DNA from: Octopus bimaculoides
Taxonomy: Eukaryota
DNA: 64,000 nt
NCBI RefSeq assembly: GCF_001194135.2
Contig: NC_068985.1
Coordinates: 20,920,835 to 20,984,834, forward strand
Direction of reading: 5' to 3'
The notes under the pieces are model-generated. The model ran no database searches and was not told where the DNA came from. It saw only the letters and a list, made by a program, of their open reading frames with translations. The position numbers and the translations under genes were made by a program. Positions 11,581 through 25,830 of this stretch are shown one piece after another; positions within the stretch are counted from its first letter, which is position 1, and each line of letters begins with the position of its first letter.

Positions 11581-12803
11581 CTTACTTACATGCAGACACA
11601 TACTTATATATACATATGTATATTTTTACATGCACACACATATGTATCCATACATATGTGCCTGTATAAGCACATGCGCATGCATACATACACACATGCA
11701 AAAATAGCAAGACACCTCTAAAAGCCAAGTCCACCTAGTACATAGAATGATGTATTTCAACGCTGTAAAATGATAAGTGCTTCATTAGCAGGTGGTGGTG
11801 AGCTCAATTTTATTTCTTCAGAATAATGTGGGTTGAATGTTGGGTCATCAGTCCATCTTTGCAATACACAACACTCCTAAAATCAATTTTACAGAAAGAT
11901 TTTTCTGGATCATATATACTGTAAAACATTTGTAAAGACTTTACACACATAAATCAACTGAAAAATCTGTTAATCAATTGAATATTGAATAACTCATATT
12001 CTTTAAAAGCCAACCTAGTAAGTATAAGAGAGGATGTATTATATCCTGTTTTAATGGTAGCTCCAAAACTCATGAAGTGAGAGGATGAGAGTCAAAATAT
12101 CAGCTAGGCTGTCTTTTCTTTATATAGGAACTGTACTATACTTCCTTCTCTTGACTAAGCATTTCTTTTGAAAATATGAAAGTTCAACACCAAATTGATA
12201 ATGGAGTCTCTGGCCAAATATGCAAACATACAAACAATACATACATGGCGAGAGAATGCATGACAGAGAGAGAGAGAGAAAGAAAGATGTTAGATTACAC
12301 ATGAGTGAAACTTTTATGTATTGTAGAGCCTGCCTTATTTATCAAATTAGAATTATCTTAAGGCATGAGAAAAAGGAGAAAATTAATTGATTTTTGTTTT
12401 TATTCCTGCAAGGAGTAAAGACTAGCTTTGTAATAATGATTGGAAGGACAGAAACTATTTTTGACTGCCTAGTCTATCCAATTTGGAAACAATGTTTATT
12501 TATAGACAATGCAAAATTAAATATTTAGATTGAAATTGCATTTAGTCATGACATGGGTAGAGCTCAAAGTTGCAGTCTGCTTCTAATCGCATATCCCCTG
12601 CAACTACAAATAAAATCATGTACAAACACCTAGACTCACTTGTAAATTCCCAGAACACTACTATAGTAACTCTTAAAATCACAACCCTTCATACTTAAAT
12701 CTGGATCAAGCACACGTCTTTGTATAATCTATCATTACTTTCACTGGAACACTACAGTTGTTTTTAGAATCTCATGCTTATTGTTGTTCATTTACATTTC
12801 TAG

Positions 12804-12833
12804 TGTTTATGCAGAGTGATTCCAGATCTCTTG
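12804..12833 (+). CDS. 30-nt symmetric phase-1 microexon ((M)FMQSDSRSL)
   Basis: TTTCTAG acceptor and GTAAGA donor; in frame with the 1888-1957 and 30175-30339 exons. Confidence 0.6.
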
Positions 12834-14135
12834 GTAAGAAGCACTTGAAACCTTGTTAAAATATCCATTCATGTGCTTTTACAAATAATGTACAATTAAA
12901 AGTCATATACTCTTGCTTTTCCTATGGAATCAAAATATTTTCAGATAAAACTATAGTCCCAGTTTAATTGCTATTTAAATTCAAGTATTCCTAATTGGTA
13001 GTTCTTGTAAATTATGAATTAATCTATCATGACCTGATCACTGACGTTATATAAAACATGTGGTAAAAGTATATATTTGCATTAAGAACACAGTATCAGA
13101 TTTGATGTCTCCGTAATTGCCTTGCTCTGGTGCATTTCTTTTGCTCTTATAGTTGTTAACAATGATACTGCAATACCTGTCAGTGGGTATAACACTTCTC
13201 TGTATTACCTGATTGGCTATGCAAATGACTAGCATGTACTCTATTTCACAGATATTTTATGCTTTTATATCCTTAATTCTGCTTGCCATTAGATTATTGT
13301 CAACTTAGATGGCAGGGTCTTTGTTGGGTCTGCTTATTCATTCAGTAACCCCTCTGAATAACTACCACACCTTTTTCTATTCAGTGTCAGTAAAGGCAAG
13401 TATGTCATTACCATTCCATTCACACTTCTTTCCAATGTCATCTTGACTTTCTCTAGTATACTATCATGCAACCCAGAAAGCCTTACATTTTTGATCTTTA
13501 TGATGCACAGCATTGACAACCTCATATTTTCTGCCTCTTTCTTTGCTAAATATAACTACTTGGTCTTCTCTGTTAACCTCTTACTTCCAGTTTTTCCAGG
13601 GCTTTCTTAGCTTTTATGGCTCCATTTACAGTACTGTTCCACCTTGCTCCAGTCATAGATTTGGTCTGTAGCCCTCAGTGGCTTGTCTCATGGGAACTAT
13701 TCATCTCCCTCGCCCTCTTTTCAAATACTTCAACTAATACTTTCCTAATCCTGTTTGGCTCTTTAAGTGTCCATGTCTTTCTTTCTCAAATTGTCTTGTG
13801 ATATAAATATATTGCACACATCATCATCATCATCATCATCTGGCATGGGTTGGGCAGTTTGATAAGAACTGGCCAGCTGTGGAGCTCTCCAGACTCCAGT
13901 TGTCTGTTGTGGCTTGGTTTCTACAACTAGATGCCCCTCCTCATGCCAACCACTTTACAGTGTGCTGGGTGCTATTTACATACCACCAGCACAGGTTCGT
14001 TTATGCAGAACTGGCACAAATGCATTTTATGTGGCACTGGGATCTGTAAAAGACAAAAATGAAAGGATATGTTGGCTGGGAATAAAACCCAGATTGACTG
14101 CTTGGAAAGTAACCTTGCTAAAAATTATATCACCA

Positions 14136-14171
<36 letters not shown>

Positions 14172-14427
14172 CATCGTTGTCGTCATTTAACGTCTGCTTT
14201 CCCTGCTGGCATGGGTTGGACATGCCAGTCTCCAATCTGATCTGGTAAAGTTTCTACAGCTGGATGCCCTTCCCAACACCAACCACTCCTGTAGTATGTT
14301 GTTAATAACAAATTTTTTGATTTTATTGTTTTTATAATTTATTACTAATGTCAGCATGTATCTCATTTTATGAGATTTTTCTACTATGGGTTATTCTGTT
14401 CTGATACCTGGTATGTATTAGTATGTA

Positions 14428-15059
14428 TTAGTTCTCACAACGCTGCTTTATGGCTGCGAGTCCGAGATGGTCTACCAGCGTCATGCCAGGAAGCTGCACC
14501 ACTTTCATACAATATGCCTCAGAAAACTTCTCAGCATAAAGTGGCAGGACAGGATCCCGGACACCGAGGTACTAATATGTGCTAACCTCCCTAGCATCCA
14601 TACCATCTTGATGCAGTCTCAGCTTCACTGGGCAGGGCACGAAGCTTGCATGTCAGACGATCGATTACCAAAAGGATTGCTCTTTGGCGAGCTGCAAAAG
14701 GGAAAGTGCTCACAAGGCGGCCAGAAGAAGTGCTTTAAGGACATACTGAAAGCCTTCAACATCGACCGTGACACTTGGGAGCAGTCTGCTCTAGACAGAG
14801 AAAGGTGGTGATCAGCTGTCCACAAGGGTGCCAACACATGCGAGACCAATAGGATTGCTGCTGCAGAAGACTGCAGACAAGCCAGGAAGAACAGAGCTAA
14901 CAACTCTGTAGCAGGCGCTACCACTTCCTGTCTACACTGTCAAAGACTCTTTTGGGTGCAAATTGGCCTCACTAGCCATCTGCGGACTCACAAAACAAGC
15001 CCACCCCCACCCCAGGATGACTAGATGGTCTTCGTCACATCGACGGACAAACTACATAC
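14428..15059 (+). mobile_element. 5'-truncated RTE-clade LINE (RT C-terminus, C2H2 finger, 3' end)
   Basis: LLYGCE..FHTICLRKLLSIKWQDRIP..LHWAGH..DRLPKGLLFGEL..CLHC..IGLTSHLRTH; 11-bp TSD ATTAGTATGTA at 14417-14427 and 15060-15070; internal stop at 14809-14811. Confidence 0.9.
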
Positions 15060-15149
15060 ATTAGTATGTAGTAGATGTACTTTAACAAGGTTACTGTCTA
15101 ATATATTGGTTTCATTGTATTTGTGTGTGTATTCATTAGTAGCTTAATC

Positions 15150-15600
15150 TAAAAGTTTGCTTAAATATCCAATGTCAATTAGTGATTGTTCTATTTTCTG
15201 TATTTTTTATGTAATGCCTCGTCTGTTCAAAGGAATCGAAATGCTCCCCTTATTAGTGATTTCCCTAGAGTGTTCATGTAAATATATACATTCATTATTT
15301 TTTGTGTAAACTGGCATAATGTATCTATTGTTTTCAGTTTGAATGTTTGTGTCCACAAATGGAATTGAATTAGCATTGTTTTGGGTGTTGAATTTTATTA
15401 GTGGATTTTTCTCCAGGTCTTTCTTTAATTTCTCATCTTTTGATGTGTCCAGTACAATTAGTATATCATCTATATATCTAATGTATATTGTATGTTTGGG
15501 TCTAGATATTATTTTGTTTTCTATTGTTGCTAGGTAGAATGCACATAGCTACTTCAGCTTTTAGTTTCTATAGCTTATCCCTGGAGGAAGTGAAATGATA
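15150..15600 (-). mobile_element. Penelope-like reverse transcriptase relic
   Basis: Stop-free frame 15539 to 15207, absent from the ORF track, reads FYLATIENK..IYIRYIDDILIV..IKFN..IPFVDTNI..VYTK..IYLHEHS. YIDD is at 15465-15476. Confidence 0.75.
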
Positions 15601-17600
15601 CTTCAGTTGCACAAATTATAAGTAATATTTTTAATAATTTTTCTGCAGTCAAGAGTGGCTTTATTTCATGGTCTTCATCTGTATAGTGGACCTACTGAGG
15701 AGGCTATCAGGCCAGTAGATACACTGATTCCTTTCAGTCATTTTAGCTTACAGTGTTGTTTATCTATTATCTTGACTTTGTTCCACAAGGGTTGATGGCT
15801 TCCCTTTTCTCTTCACAACCAGCCATGCCTGATTTTTCTATCTCTCCATAAATCAAAACTTTTTAATGTTCCTAATTTTAATTTTAGGTGGTAGTTAATT
15901 CACATTTATGTTCACTACCACAATTGCAGTGTTCTTAGTTATGATCTCTTATGTTTTGTTCATCAAAAATGTCTGGTAGACCTTTTTGAATACTGTCCTG
16001 ATGTTGTATGAACAGATCTGAATTATTTCCAGCTCTCCCCTTTTGTAAGGTAGACAGATTATGACATCTTTTGACTAGCATTCTTAACTCTTATGTCTCT
16101 GCTCTTGGAAGCTGATGCTGTTCTTGCAGAGTAGTTATTACTCTAATGAGTCTTTCTAATCCAGATCATCTCTTGCTGGTATGTGTCTGGGTTTCTGTTA
16201 GTTCAAGGCAACATGACCAAGAGAGTAAAGAAGAGATGGAATGATGACAGAAGAACCAGGTTGAGTAGGTGAATGCAGTGAGAGTATGAAGGAAGAAACA
16301 GAGTAAGAGGGAACGGAAGAGAAATAGTTTTGGCAGCTGCATGTTTCCCAGTGAGAGAGGGAGTGATGGTAGCAATAGTGATGGGTGATGGTTGGCTGTA
16401 TTGGTTACAAACTTATCCAATACAAACATTTATACATTGGCATTTTGAGGTGGGCGAATGAGAGATCAAATGATAAGAATTATTGCAAGGGAGATAAGAT
16501 ACAAATATGTCCAGTATCATTGCCTCGATACTCAGACAGCATTGGGTGCAGTGATTAGAATATATATATATATATACACATATATAATTTCTTGTCTTCT
16601 CTATAGATTTTTTAGCCACTTTTGCTGTATAGAAAGTTTCCAACCACAAATATACCAATAGCATCTCATTTGTTATTTCAAATTCATATGCAGACATTGG
16701 TTTAATCCTCATTCTAAATATAAGCATGTTATGCATCATTAATTATATTGTGAAAGTCTACATATCTCTTTCCTCTCAGAAGTGGAATGTTTTTGTATAG
16801 TCTACATAATTTTAGAATCCACAATCCTAATTTAGATTTTACTCCCCTTCTGACTTGGCTTCATTGATTTGACGAACAACACAAACTATTTTTGTTACAT
16901 TACTTCAACTGACTGCTCATATACCCTCAACTGATGGAGTTAACTTTTAGTAGACAGCACCAAAATCACATACTTTCTTTAATACAAACAGTCATTTATC
17001 ACAATCATTTTTATTTTCAATGATTTTATAATAAAACCAAATTTCCAATATCCAAGCATGCCATAAATAGATTTATTTGCTGAACTTGTATTCTATAACC
17101 AACACTACTTATCATAAATTGTATCAGAAAATAAAGTTATTATTTCTCAGCAAGAATTTTATTCACTTTGTGTATAGAGTCTGTAATTTATATGACAATA
17201 AAAAGATAGTGTTTTTATTGAGGCTTTGAATATAATTTGCTCACCATACAATACAATAGAGTCAACAAGTTAACCAAATTATTAGGGTGCTGCCATGTCA
17301 GTTAAAAGTCTTTGGCATTGTATTACAGTGTGTTTACTTATAACACTTCTGTTCATTTGGTTTTAGATATCATAGGAATCCCAATATCATTGCTGAAAAC
17401 AATACTCCTAAATCTCTTTTCATGGCCAAAACCTTATCACATTCTGCACAATGACTTAAGACCTGATATAACCTACAGTTAACTGTAGCACACTTAGTAA
17501 CAACAATGAATAAAAATGACATTAAAATATCTATATACCTGGGGAAATCAGCAACTTACATTTCTATGTGTCACAAATGATAAAATATGTTCTTGTCTCT

Positions 17601-17822
17601 TATTTCTTTATTGCCCACAAGGGGCTAAACATAGAGGGGACAAACAAGGACAGACAGAGGGATTAAGTCGATTACATTGACCCCAGTGTGTAACTGGTAC
17701 TTAATTTATCGACCCTGAAAGGTAAAGTCGACCTCAGCGGAATTTGAACTCAGAACGTAACGGCAGACGAAATACTGCTAAGCATTTCGCCCAGCATGCT
17801 AACGTTTCTGCCAGCTCGCCGC
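17601..17822 (-). mobile_element. SINE family B, near full length
   Basis: Reverse complement of the head GGCGGCGAGCTGGCAGAAACGTTAGC..TTCTGAGTTCAAATTCCGC; 9-bp TSD CTTGTCTCT (17592-17600, 17823-17831). Confidence 0.9.
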
Positions 17823-18969
17823 CTTGTCTCTAGTTTCCTTGTTGGCAATGAAGTGATAATTGCATATATACCTAGTCAAAAAAGAAATTAATAAATAAAT
17901 AAATATTATTATTATTATTGTTATTTTGTATTTGTCTAAATTTATTATATAGAAAGGAAGTATTTGAATTTGACAATCATAAATAATTATCATAATTACT
18001 ATTCATAATTATCAAATTGAAACAGTCTCTTAGATTGAAATAATCAGCAGTATTAACCTAATCTGTCCATCATAATTCCTGATTTAAAGCCTTTTTGATT
18101 TCTCAGTTCAGATGAATTTTTTTATCACTAAATGCAAGTATGATCAAAGTAGAGGGGATATGCAATATTTAGTAATTCTATAACTAAGATATTTTCATTG
18201 ATATATTGGATATGTAGTAACACAGCAGTTTTTCTAGTGTTTGAGCAGTTTTTGTGTGTGTGCGTGCGTGCGTGCATGTGTGTATGCATACATACATGTG
18301 CATGTGTGTGTGTGCGTTTGGGAGTGCTAAAATGGGTTAGACAATTCAGCTGAATCTAGCAAGTTATGCTTTATGCGTGGTTGCCTTTCCTAACACCAAC
18401 CATTTTACAGTATGCAGGGTGCATTTTTTTCTTGGCATCTGCACTTTCTAAATTTTCCAACCTTTCAAACCCTTCATTGTCTCTACTTGATTCACCAACC
18501 ACATCACAGAACCTTCTGAATATTTTTTTTCATTCCACCTACACAAAAGAGATTGCTTTGTAACACACTATATGAAAGGGGTCTCCACCATTGAATAGTA
18601 GAATGGGAGAATGATGAGTTTCAGTGAAGTATTGAAGGTTACAGTATAATGGAAGGAACAGTTTTATTGTTTTGGTGAGTGGTATTTGAGAGAATAACAA
18701 GAGAACATGGAGAAGAAGAAGGAGGAGGTGTCAGAACATATTCTCAATGTAACATGCCCAAAGTGAAAAGAAGAGAGCATAGTAACAAAAGACTCAGAGC
18801 ATGTGGGCAAAGACTGCAAGAGGGCAGACCCACCTATCTCCTCTAAAGTATAATGATTAGGAAGGATAGAGTAAGGGGTAGCAGAATATTGATGGCAAGG
18901 GCAGAAAGGATTCAGAATGCATAGGATCATGTGGCATGGTACAGTGTGTAGAAGAAATGGAAGGGTATA

Positions 18970-19200
18970 AGATAGGTACAGTAAAACAAAAAGTAAAGTT
19001 ATCTTCTTGAGCTATGCCAACTCATAAGGGTCTGTTTCCTCATTTCCATGACATAAATTCCCCACCTAGATGGAATGCTGGTCATTCACAAGATTACTCA
19101 TTTTTGCTGGCTGAGTGGACTGTAGCAACATGAAATGAAGTGCTTTGCTTAAGAACACAAGGCATCACCCAGTCCAGGAATCAAAACCACAATCTTATCT
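18970..19200 (-). mobile_element. Old SINE-like relic of a distinct family
   Basis: GCTGAGTGGACTGTAGCAACATGAAATGAAGTGCTTTGCTTAAGAACACAAGG..CCAGGAATCAAAACC resembles the reverse strand of an ancient tRNA-SINE head and core. Confidence 0.5.
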
Positions 19201-19279
19201 TCCTATCACTAAGCCATGCACATCCATGAGATAGGTACAGGAGGAGCAGGGGATTCAGTGTGCACAGGTCAAATACTTT

Positions 19280-19790
19280 CACTTCAATTAAGAGTGTTTG
19301 GTATGATGAGTAGATTGGTTGTAAGAGGAGAGGATATGGCAGAGAAGAAATGAGAAGGCGTGAGGATATAGAATAGGCAGTAAGTGGCAGAAGGAGATGT
19401 ACTTTTATCACTGTTTTTGCAGGCATTTTCATAAAATGGCGTGGGAGATTGACTCTTCTGCAGCACCATGTTGAAACAATCTTCTATAATCTTTCTCACC
19501 ATCTTGAGATCATTCTTTGCCATCTCATCCCAAGTCTTCTTTGGTTTCCCTCTTCCATAGTGAACATTCCCTTTGAGCACAGTTGTCATCATCCATTTGC
19601 ATCACATACTTATACCTTCATGGCACACTACATCTGATTTCTCTGATAACCAGTTTGCCTGCCAGCTCCTTTATACTTCATTATTAATGCACATTAACTT
19701 ACCACATCAAGAAAAGCATACTCACCTCATTTCTTTCGAGTCTTTTCATATCTTCTGCACTTAAAGCTCACATCTCACAGCTAGGAGGGC
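19280..19790 (-). mobile_element. RTE-like LINE 3' relic
   Basis: ORF 19284-19592 contains GRGKPKKTWDEMAKNDLK (RTE C-terminus), followed by a pyrimidine-rich 3' UTR. Similar purine-rich (+) tracts at 9150-9500, 16200-16400, 18600-18950, 24170-24700. Confidence 0.7.
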
Positions 19791-19927
19791 TTTGTTTTGG
19801 CTCTCTTGGCAATAAAAAAAACTATCTAAACATCAATAAATTCATTGTTGGATGTAGAATCCAATCTCATATGCAAAGGAGTCACTCTTAAATTATTCTA
19901 TTATGAAATTCCTTTGCTATTTTATAG

Positions 19928-20421
19928 GCGCAGAAGTGGCTCTGTGGTAAGTAGCTTGCTTACCAACCACATCGTTCTGAGTTCAGTCCCACTGTGTGGC
20001 ACCTTGGGCAAGTGTCTTCTACTATAGCCTCAGGCCAACCAAAGCCTTATGACCAAAGCATTGTGAGTGGATTTGGTAGACAGAAATTGAAAGAAACCCA
20101 TCGTATATATATATATATATATGTGTGTGTTATTTCTTTACTACCCACAAGGGGCTACATACAGAGGGCACAAACAAGAACAGACAAATGGATTAAGTCG
20201 ATTATATCGACCCCAGTGCGTGACTGGTACTTATTTAATCGACCCCGAAAGGATGAAAGGCAAAATCGACCTCGGCGGAATTTGAACTCAGAACGTAGCG
20301 GCAGACAAAATACCGCTAAGCATTTCGCCCGACGTGCTAACGTTTCTACCAGCTCACCACATATATATATATATGTGTGTGTGTTTATATGTTTGTGTGT
20401 CTGTGTTTGTCCCCCCAACAC
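19928..20421 (+). mobile_element. SINE family A interrupted by a family B copy
   Basis: The head and body run to 20100, then resume (GTCTGTGTTTGTCCCCCCAAC) after the nested element. Confidence 0.85.
20130..20358 (-). mobile_element. SINE family B nested in the family A microsatellite
   Basis: Well-preserved, CpG-rich reverse-complement copy flanked by (TA)/(TG) repeats. Confidence 0.9.
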
Positions 20422-20934
20422 NNNNNNNNNNNNNNNNNNNNNNNNNNNNNNNNNNNNNNNNNNNNNNNNNNNNNNNNNNNNNNNNNNNNNNNNNNNNNNN
20501 NNNNNNNNNNNNNNNNNNNNNNNNNNNNNNNNNNNNNNNNNNNNNNNNNNNNNNNNNNNNNNNNNNNNNNNNNNNNNNNNNNNNNNNNNNNNNNNNNNNN
20601 NNNNNNNNNNNNNNNNNNNNNNNNNNNNNNNNNNNNNNNNNNNNNNNNNNNNNNNNNNNNNNNNNNNNNNNNNNNNNNNNNNNNNNNNNNNNNNNNNNNN
20701 NNNNNNNNNNNNNNNNNNNNNNNNNNNNNNNNNNNNNGTAGGTTTGTGTCTTTGAGCATTCTAAACATGCTGAGAGTAAAAACTCAATATTGGTTCTAGG
20801 ATCAAAATAATATTTATTATCAATGATACTGGATGCTTTAATCAATATCATTGATAATAGATATGATTTGAGAAACCAGTACTGATAAAACTTCAAAATA
20901 AACAAATGCCATTGATTATATATATATATATCTA

Positions 20935-20976
<42 letters not shown>

Positions 20977-21109
20977 CACACATGCCTGTGTGCATGCATG
21001 TATGTGTGGGTGTATGTTAGAATCAAAATTATTCACCTAATGAAGATTCCATGCAGTACAAAACATAGCTTCATAATACAAATTAGATAAGATTAGTGAT
21101 TCTTTTTCA

Positions 21110-21260
21110 GTTTAGCTTTATAAAACTAAAGGCTGAAGTGTTAAAAGCATATGTAAAGACCCTGAAAGCCATACTGGCTACTGGATGCAATGGAGATAAT
21201 CTTAAGTCTTACAAATCTTTGATGTCTTTCTGTAACCTAAGTGTGGTTAATCATTTTACT
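21110..21260 (+). mobile_element. Possible R4/Dong-like LINE thumb relic
   Basis: KLKAEVLKAYVKTLKAILATGCNGDNLKS resembles the Y.KRLK.IL.S.LNG.N.I pattern. Confidence 0.35.
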
Positions 21261-24200
21261 ACATATTTTATATAATTTTGTTTTTACTGCCTTCCATTGA
21301 CTTACAGAAAATGAACATTGTTGTGAAATCCAATCTATGTGCATTCTAGTGACAGTGATGTGCACATAAGCCTAAAATAGTTGATATGTTTACAATCTAG
21401 AATAAATGAAGTTTGTTTCTAGTGACGAAGTTAATGTATCTAGATAAGTATAGGTTTGTGTTTAGGTAAAGATAGGAAAAAAATACAGTTAATTTGTAAT
21501 TTCATGTTATTGCTAATTATTTTCTGTTTCATTATGTAATTATATTGTTATTGTTCCTTGAATTTAATTTTAGAATATTTCCAGACTTATTGATTATATG
21601 TGCAAGTATGTGAGTGCATATACGTTTTATAATTAAGTAACAATGTATTTCAATATGAAAGAGCATGTGTGTGTGTGTGTATGTGTGTGCATGCACACAT
21701 AGTTACATGCACACAGAATAGATACTTATACCAAGATTTTTAATAAATTATATTTTTTTAGAGAGGCAGTATTAATAAATTGTAGATGCATGTGTATGTC
21801 CATGGGTATGTGTTTATGCTTTTAAGTAAAATGTAAAAAATTAATAAAACTTCAGTGAGAAGCATTTTAATTTACTTTTACAATTTTCTTGTATTTACAA
21901 TTTTCTTGTATATGTGCATAAAACACTGCTTTAAAACTATAATTATATATTTAGTGTATATTCTTAGTTCATACATCACTAAAAGGAAATACATATAGGT
22001 GGTGCAAGTATACTTTTAGCAGAAACATGGTAAATGGAATTATTGAAGTAGCCAGGATATGTAATAGAATTTTAGACTCAGATTAATGAGTGGTACAATA
22101 ATAGTATGTTCAATCATGGCATGAAAAAAGAATGCAGTAAAGAATTCTGTAAAGCTGTAGGGCTGGTAGCATGAGAAAAGCACCTAGTGCGCTCTGTAAA
22201 GTGGTTGGCATTATGAAGGGCATCAAGTCACAGAAACCATGTCAAGGATGATACTGGAGCTTGACACAGCCCTGCAGCTTGCTGGTTCCCTGTCAGACTA
22301 TCATATCCATGCCAGCATGGACGGTGAACATTAAATGATGATGATGATGATGATTGTGATGATGATGCTGACGATGACAATGACAGCTTTCTAGATTAAT
22401 AGATGAACAAAAGGACTGGTTCTATAAAGCCCTTGCACAAAATATCTCCAAGTTGGAATTTCAAAGAACAAGTAATGAATCACTAAACTGGGTAAATTTG
22501 TGCACATGGAGGCAGTTCCACAGTACAATCATTTGAGAGGAATCAAAATGCTTACTGTTCTTTGATGCAATAGATCTACTATTTTGAGCACAAACTTCTG
22601 AAAACCAATGAGTCATTGGAGGTTGACTAAATTTGTTCTGATCTTACAAATCTTCCCCCAACATTAATTTAATGTTAGCAACTTCAGGTTGACATCAAGG
22701 AAGACTGCAAAACAAATGATCCAACATGAAATAACATGCTTGAAGTGTTCTAGATTGCAAGTCATTTCCTGAGCCAGAATTTCACTGGAAAGAAGTGTAT
22801 CTGAAACATAAGTATCACACTTATTTCTTCTTTGGTGATGGTAAAATGGAAAGAAGTATGGAAACATGACCATGGAAGGTTGAGATACATAGAAACTGCT
22901 AAAGCTAAAATAAAGGCTTAGAGTTCAAAAGCTTGATGTCAGTATAGCAAAGATACTTACTGACTAGGAATGCTAAAATCTGCAAGTTGCATATGCTAAC
23001 ATTTATATTCATATTAACACAAGATTCTTCGAAAGGGTTCTCTAAAAGTCGTTGATGCTTCATCTTGTCAACATGAATAAGTTTTTAAAAATGGGTTTAG
23101 GAGGCCTCTGTTTAACGTTATTGTTTTTTTACATAGTTGTTGGGAAGAATAATTTGTGCTGTTAATCAATTTATTACTTTTATCTTGAGTAGAAGATTAT
23201 AACTGTTGCTCCTTAAGTAAGAAGTAAATCCAAGGAGGGAGCTATTTTATGTTTGTGAGCCATTGATATGATCCAATTTCATTCTATTTTAAGGTTACAG
23301 ATATGTGTATGTAGTGGGCAATGTTTGGTAGGGTGGGGTCAAATTTATATCTATTTCATTCTTTAACTGTTCCTCTTCATAAGATTTCTAGATGCAGTTT
23401 TAGTTTCTATTTCAAACATTTTCATTTCACTTTGTGCCTGCATGACAGCGGAATTTGTGAGCTCTTAATAAATATTCCAATAATTATCTTCTGAAAGTTC
23501 ATCTATTTCTAGGAGTAATGAAATATTTTCAAGTACAAGAATGTAGCAGCTAATTGCATTCAGTAATTCTGAGAATAGAAATTCTGTCTCTTTCTGTACA
23601 ATAAGGTGTTCAAAATTAAGAGGCTAATTTATTTTTTGCAGTCTGTTTAGTGGAAGGTAATTTCTGATAATGACAATTTGTGACTTTTATGCTTGCAAAT
23701 TGTAAAATCTTTTTTGTGCACCCGACTTCATCATCATCATCATCATCATTATCATCATTTAACATCCATGTCCCATACTGGTGTGAGTTGGATGGTTTGA
23801 CAGGATCAATGAATCCAAAGACTGCATTATGACCCCACTGTCTTCTTTAGTATGGTTTCTAAGGCTGGATGCCCTTTCTAACATTAACCACTTTACAGCA
23901 TGTACTGGGTACCATTTTTTCTTTTCAAAGCACCAGCACTAGTGAGGCCATTATGCAACTTGCAAAACTTTGAACACGATGCCAAAAGAGGAGGCTTTAT
24001 TTTCAGAGATGGGGACTTAAAGTATGAGTGAAGGGGTCAGAGCAAAACAAGTTTCTTGCCTCAGACCAGCCACATGGCTACTCATGTTTTAGAAGAGAGT
24101 GTTGGAATGATTGGAGAAAGAGATAAAAGTAGTGGCGATGAGATAAAAAATAACAAAATAAAAATAGCAGTGTCAGAGTGGACCCTCAAAGTACAAGGTG

Positions 24201-24929
24201 AGTAGAACTAAGTGGGGAGAGAAGTAGGTGTGTAGAGGTTACAAGGGCACATGGAGAAAGTGAGAGATAGGAAATTGGTGTGGGGATAAATATAATGAAT
24301 GAATGAAGAAGTGTTAAGAAATGGTAAGGAGAGGTAAGGAAGAGTAGGTGACAACTGTAAAAACTTGATTGAGCTGAAGAGTAAATGTAGTGAATGGTGG
24401 ATAAGAGGTGAGGGTGACCAGTAGTTCATATGAATTGAGGGAAGCAGGAGAGACTAGGAGATAGGGTGGGGTGAAGAGTAGAAGAAGAGTAATGATGATG
24501 CAGTAGACAGGAGAATGATGGGAAAGAGAAAGTGAGATGACATGTAATTGGGTAGGTTGCAGGAGTATATGTAGGAAGAGAGAAGCCGCATAAGGAGAGT
24601 GAGAGACATATGGTTGTGGAGAAGGAAGAAGAATTTTAGGGATCAGGGGTAGGGTAATCAATGTAAAATATGGGTAGAGGGGACAGTATTAAGGATGAAG
24701 GTTGGATATCAAGTGAAATGTCTCTGGGTAGTGAGACAGATGAGTGATATGAAGGAAAAGCTGCAATTTAATGTGATTATAGATGGTAGGGATATCTTGA
24801 AGAGGAAATTAGATGTAGGACTCAGTTATGCATATATGATACACACACAGTGCTTCCAGAACTCAGTTTTGCTGTTGGGTGGGTCTTCTCATGAACTACA
24901 TATCAACAGTCATCCTGGTCCTTTGTCTT

Positions 24930-25830
24930 CTCCACAAGGTTCAAGGTACAGAGATCAGCCTTCCACACTTCATCCCTTGTCTTCTTGAGTTACCCTCTTT
25001 CACAAGCTCTATATACATTAATTGAACAGCACTTCTTTAAATGGCTCTCCGCCTATGCAGTACATATCCATACCAGCACAATCTTCTCTCTTGGGCACAA
25101 CATCTGATTCCTCTTATGCCCAGTTTTCCTCTCAGTACATTTGTTATATGGTGTTCATGCACACCTACATTGCATGCACATCCAATGCTTACTTCATTTG
25201 ATTCCAGTCGTCTCAAGACTTCTGCATTCAAAGCCCATGTCTCACTACCATACAACATTGCAGTTCTAACACCAGCCTCGTATAATCTGTCCTTCACTCT
25301 AAGAGTAAAAACCTTTGTTGCCAGAAATAGTTGCCCCCTGAACTTTCTCCAGTCCGTTTTTACTCTAGCTACTATAGTTTCAGTACTACCATCTCCCCTG
25401 CTAATTACATCTCCTTGATCACAAAAACTAATAACTATTTTCAGTGAACCATCCAGACATTTAAAAACAACTATTTTGGGTGTGCTTATAGTACATAGGG
25501 CTCTGGTTCATTTATTACATATGAAGTTTATGTGATATATGAACTGCTTGTGATTCCACTACACCTCTTGTGTAGTATAACATATTGAGTATATACTTGC
25601 TCTTTTTCTGCCTATTGAGCAAGGCCATTTCCCTGTAGGTAACAGAATCCTATCTTCTTTCCAACTTAATAAAACGTTTGTTTTTGCTGTTTACCTTAAC
25701 ACCTCTCAATTCTATCGTCACACTAAATTCGTCACTGAAATTGTTTTTGCATCTTTGTACATAGCTTGTACAGTCCTCACAAGCTGTTCATCTACATCTA
25801 GTTTCCTGAAGGTCAGGTAATATTTATTTC
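24930..25830 (-). mobile_element. RTE-like LINE RT relic
   Basis: KDRLYEAGVRTAMLYGSETW..RRLESNE..QERRLCWYGYV; upstream ARVKTDWRKFR and VDEQLVRTVQAMYKDAK; many stops. Confidence 0.8.

Noticed and set aside
13100-13800. Possible retroelement relic on the minus strand
   Set aside because: Composition is suggestive, but there is no diagnostic motif.
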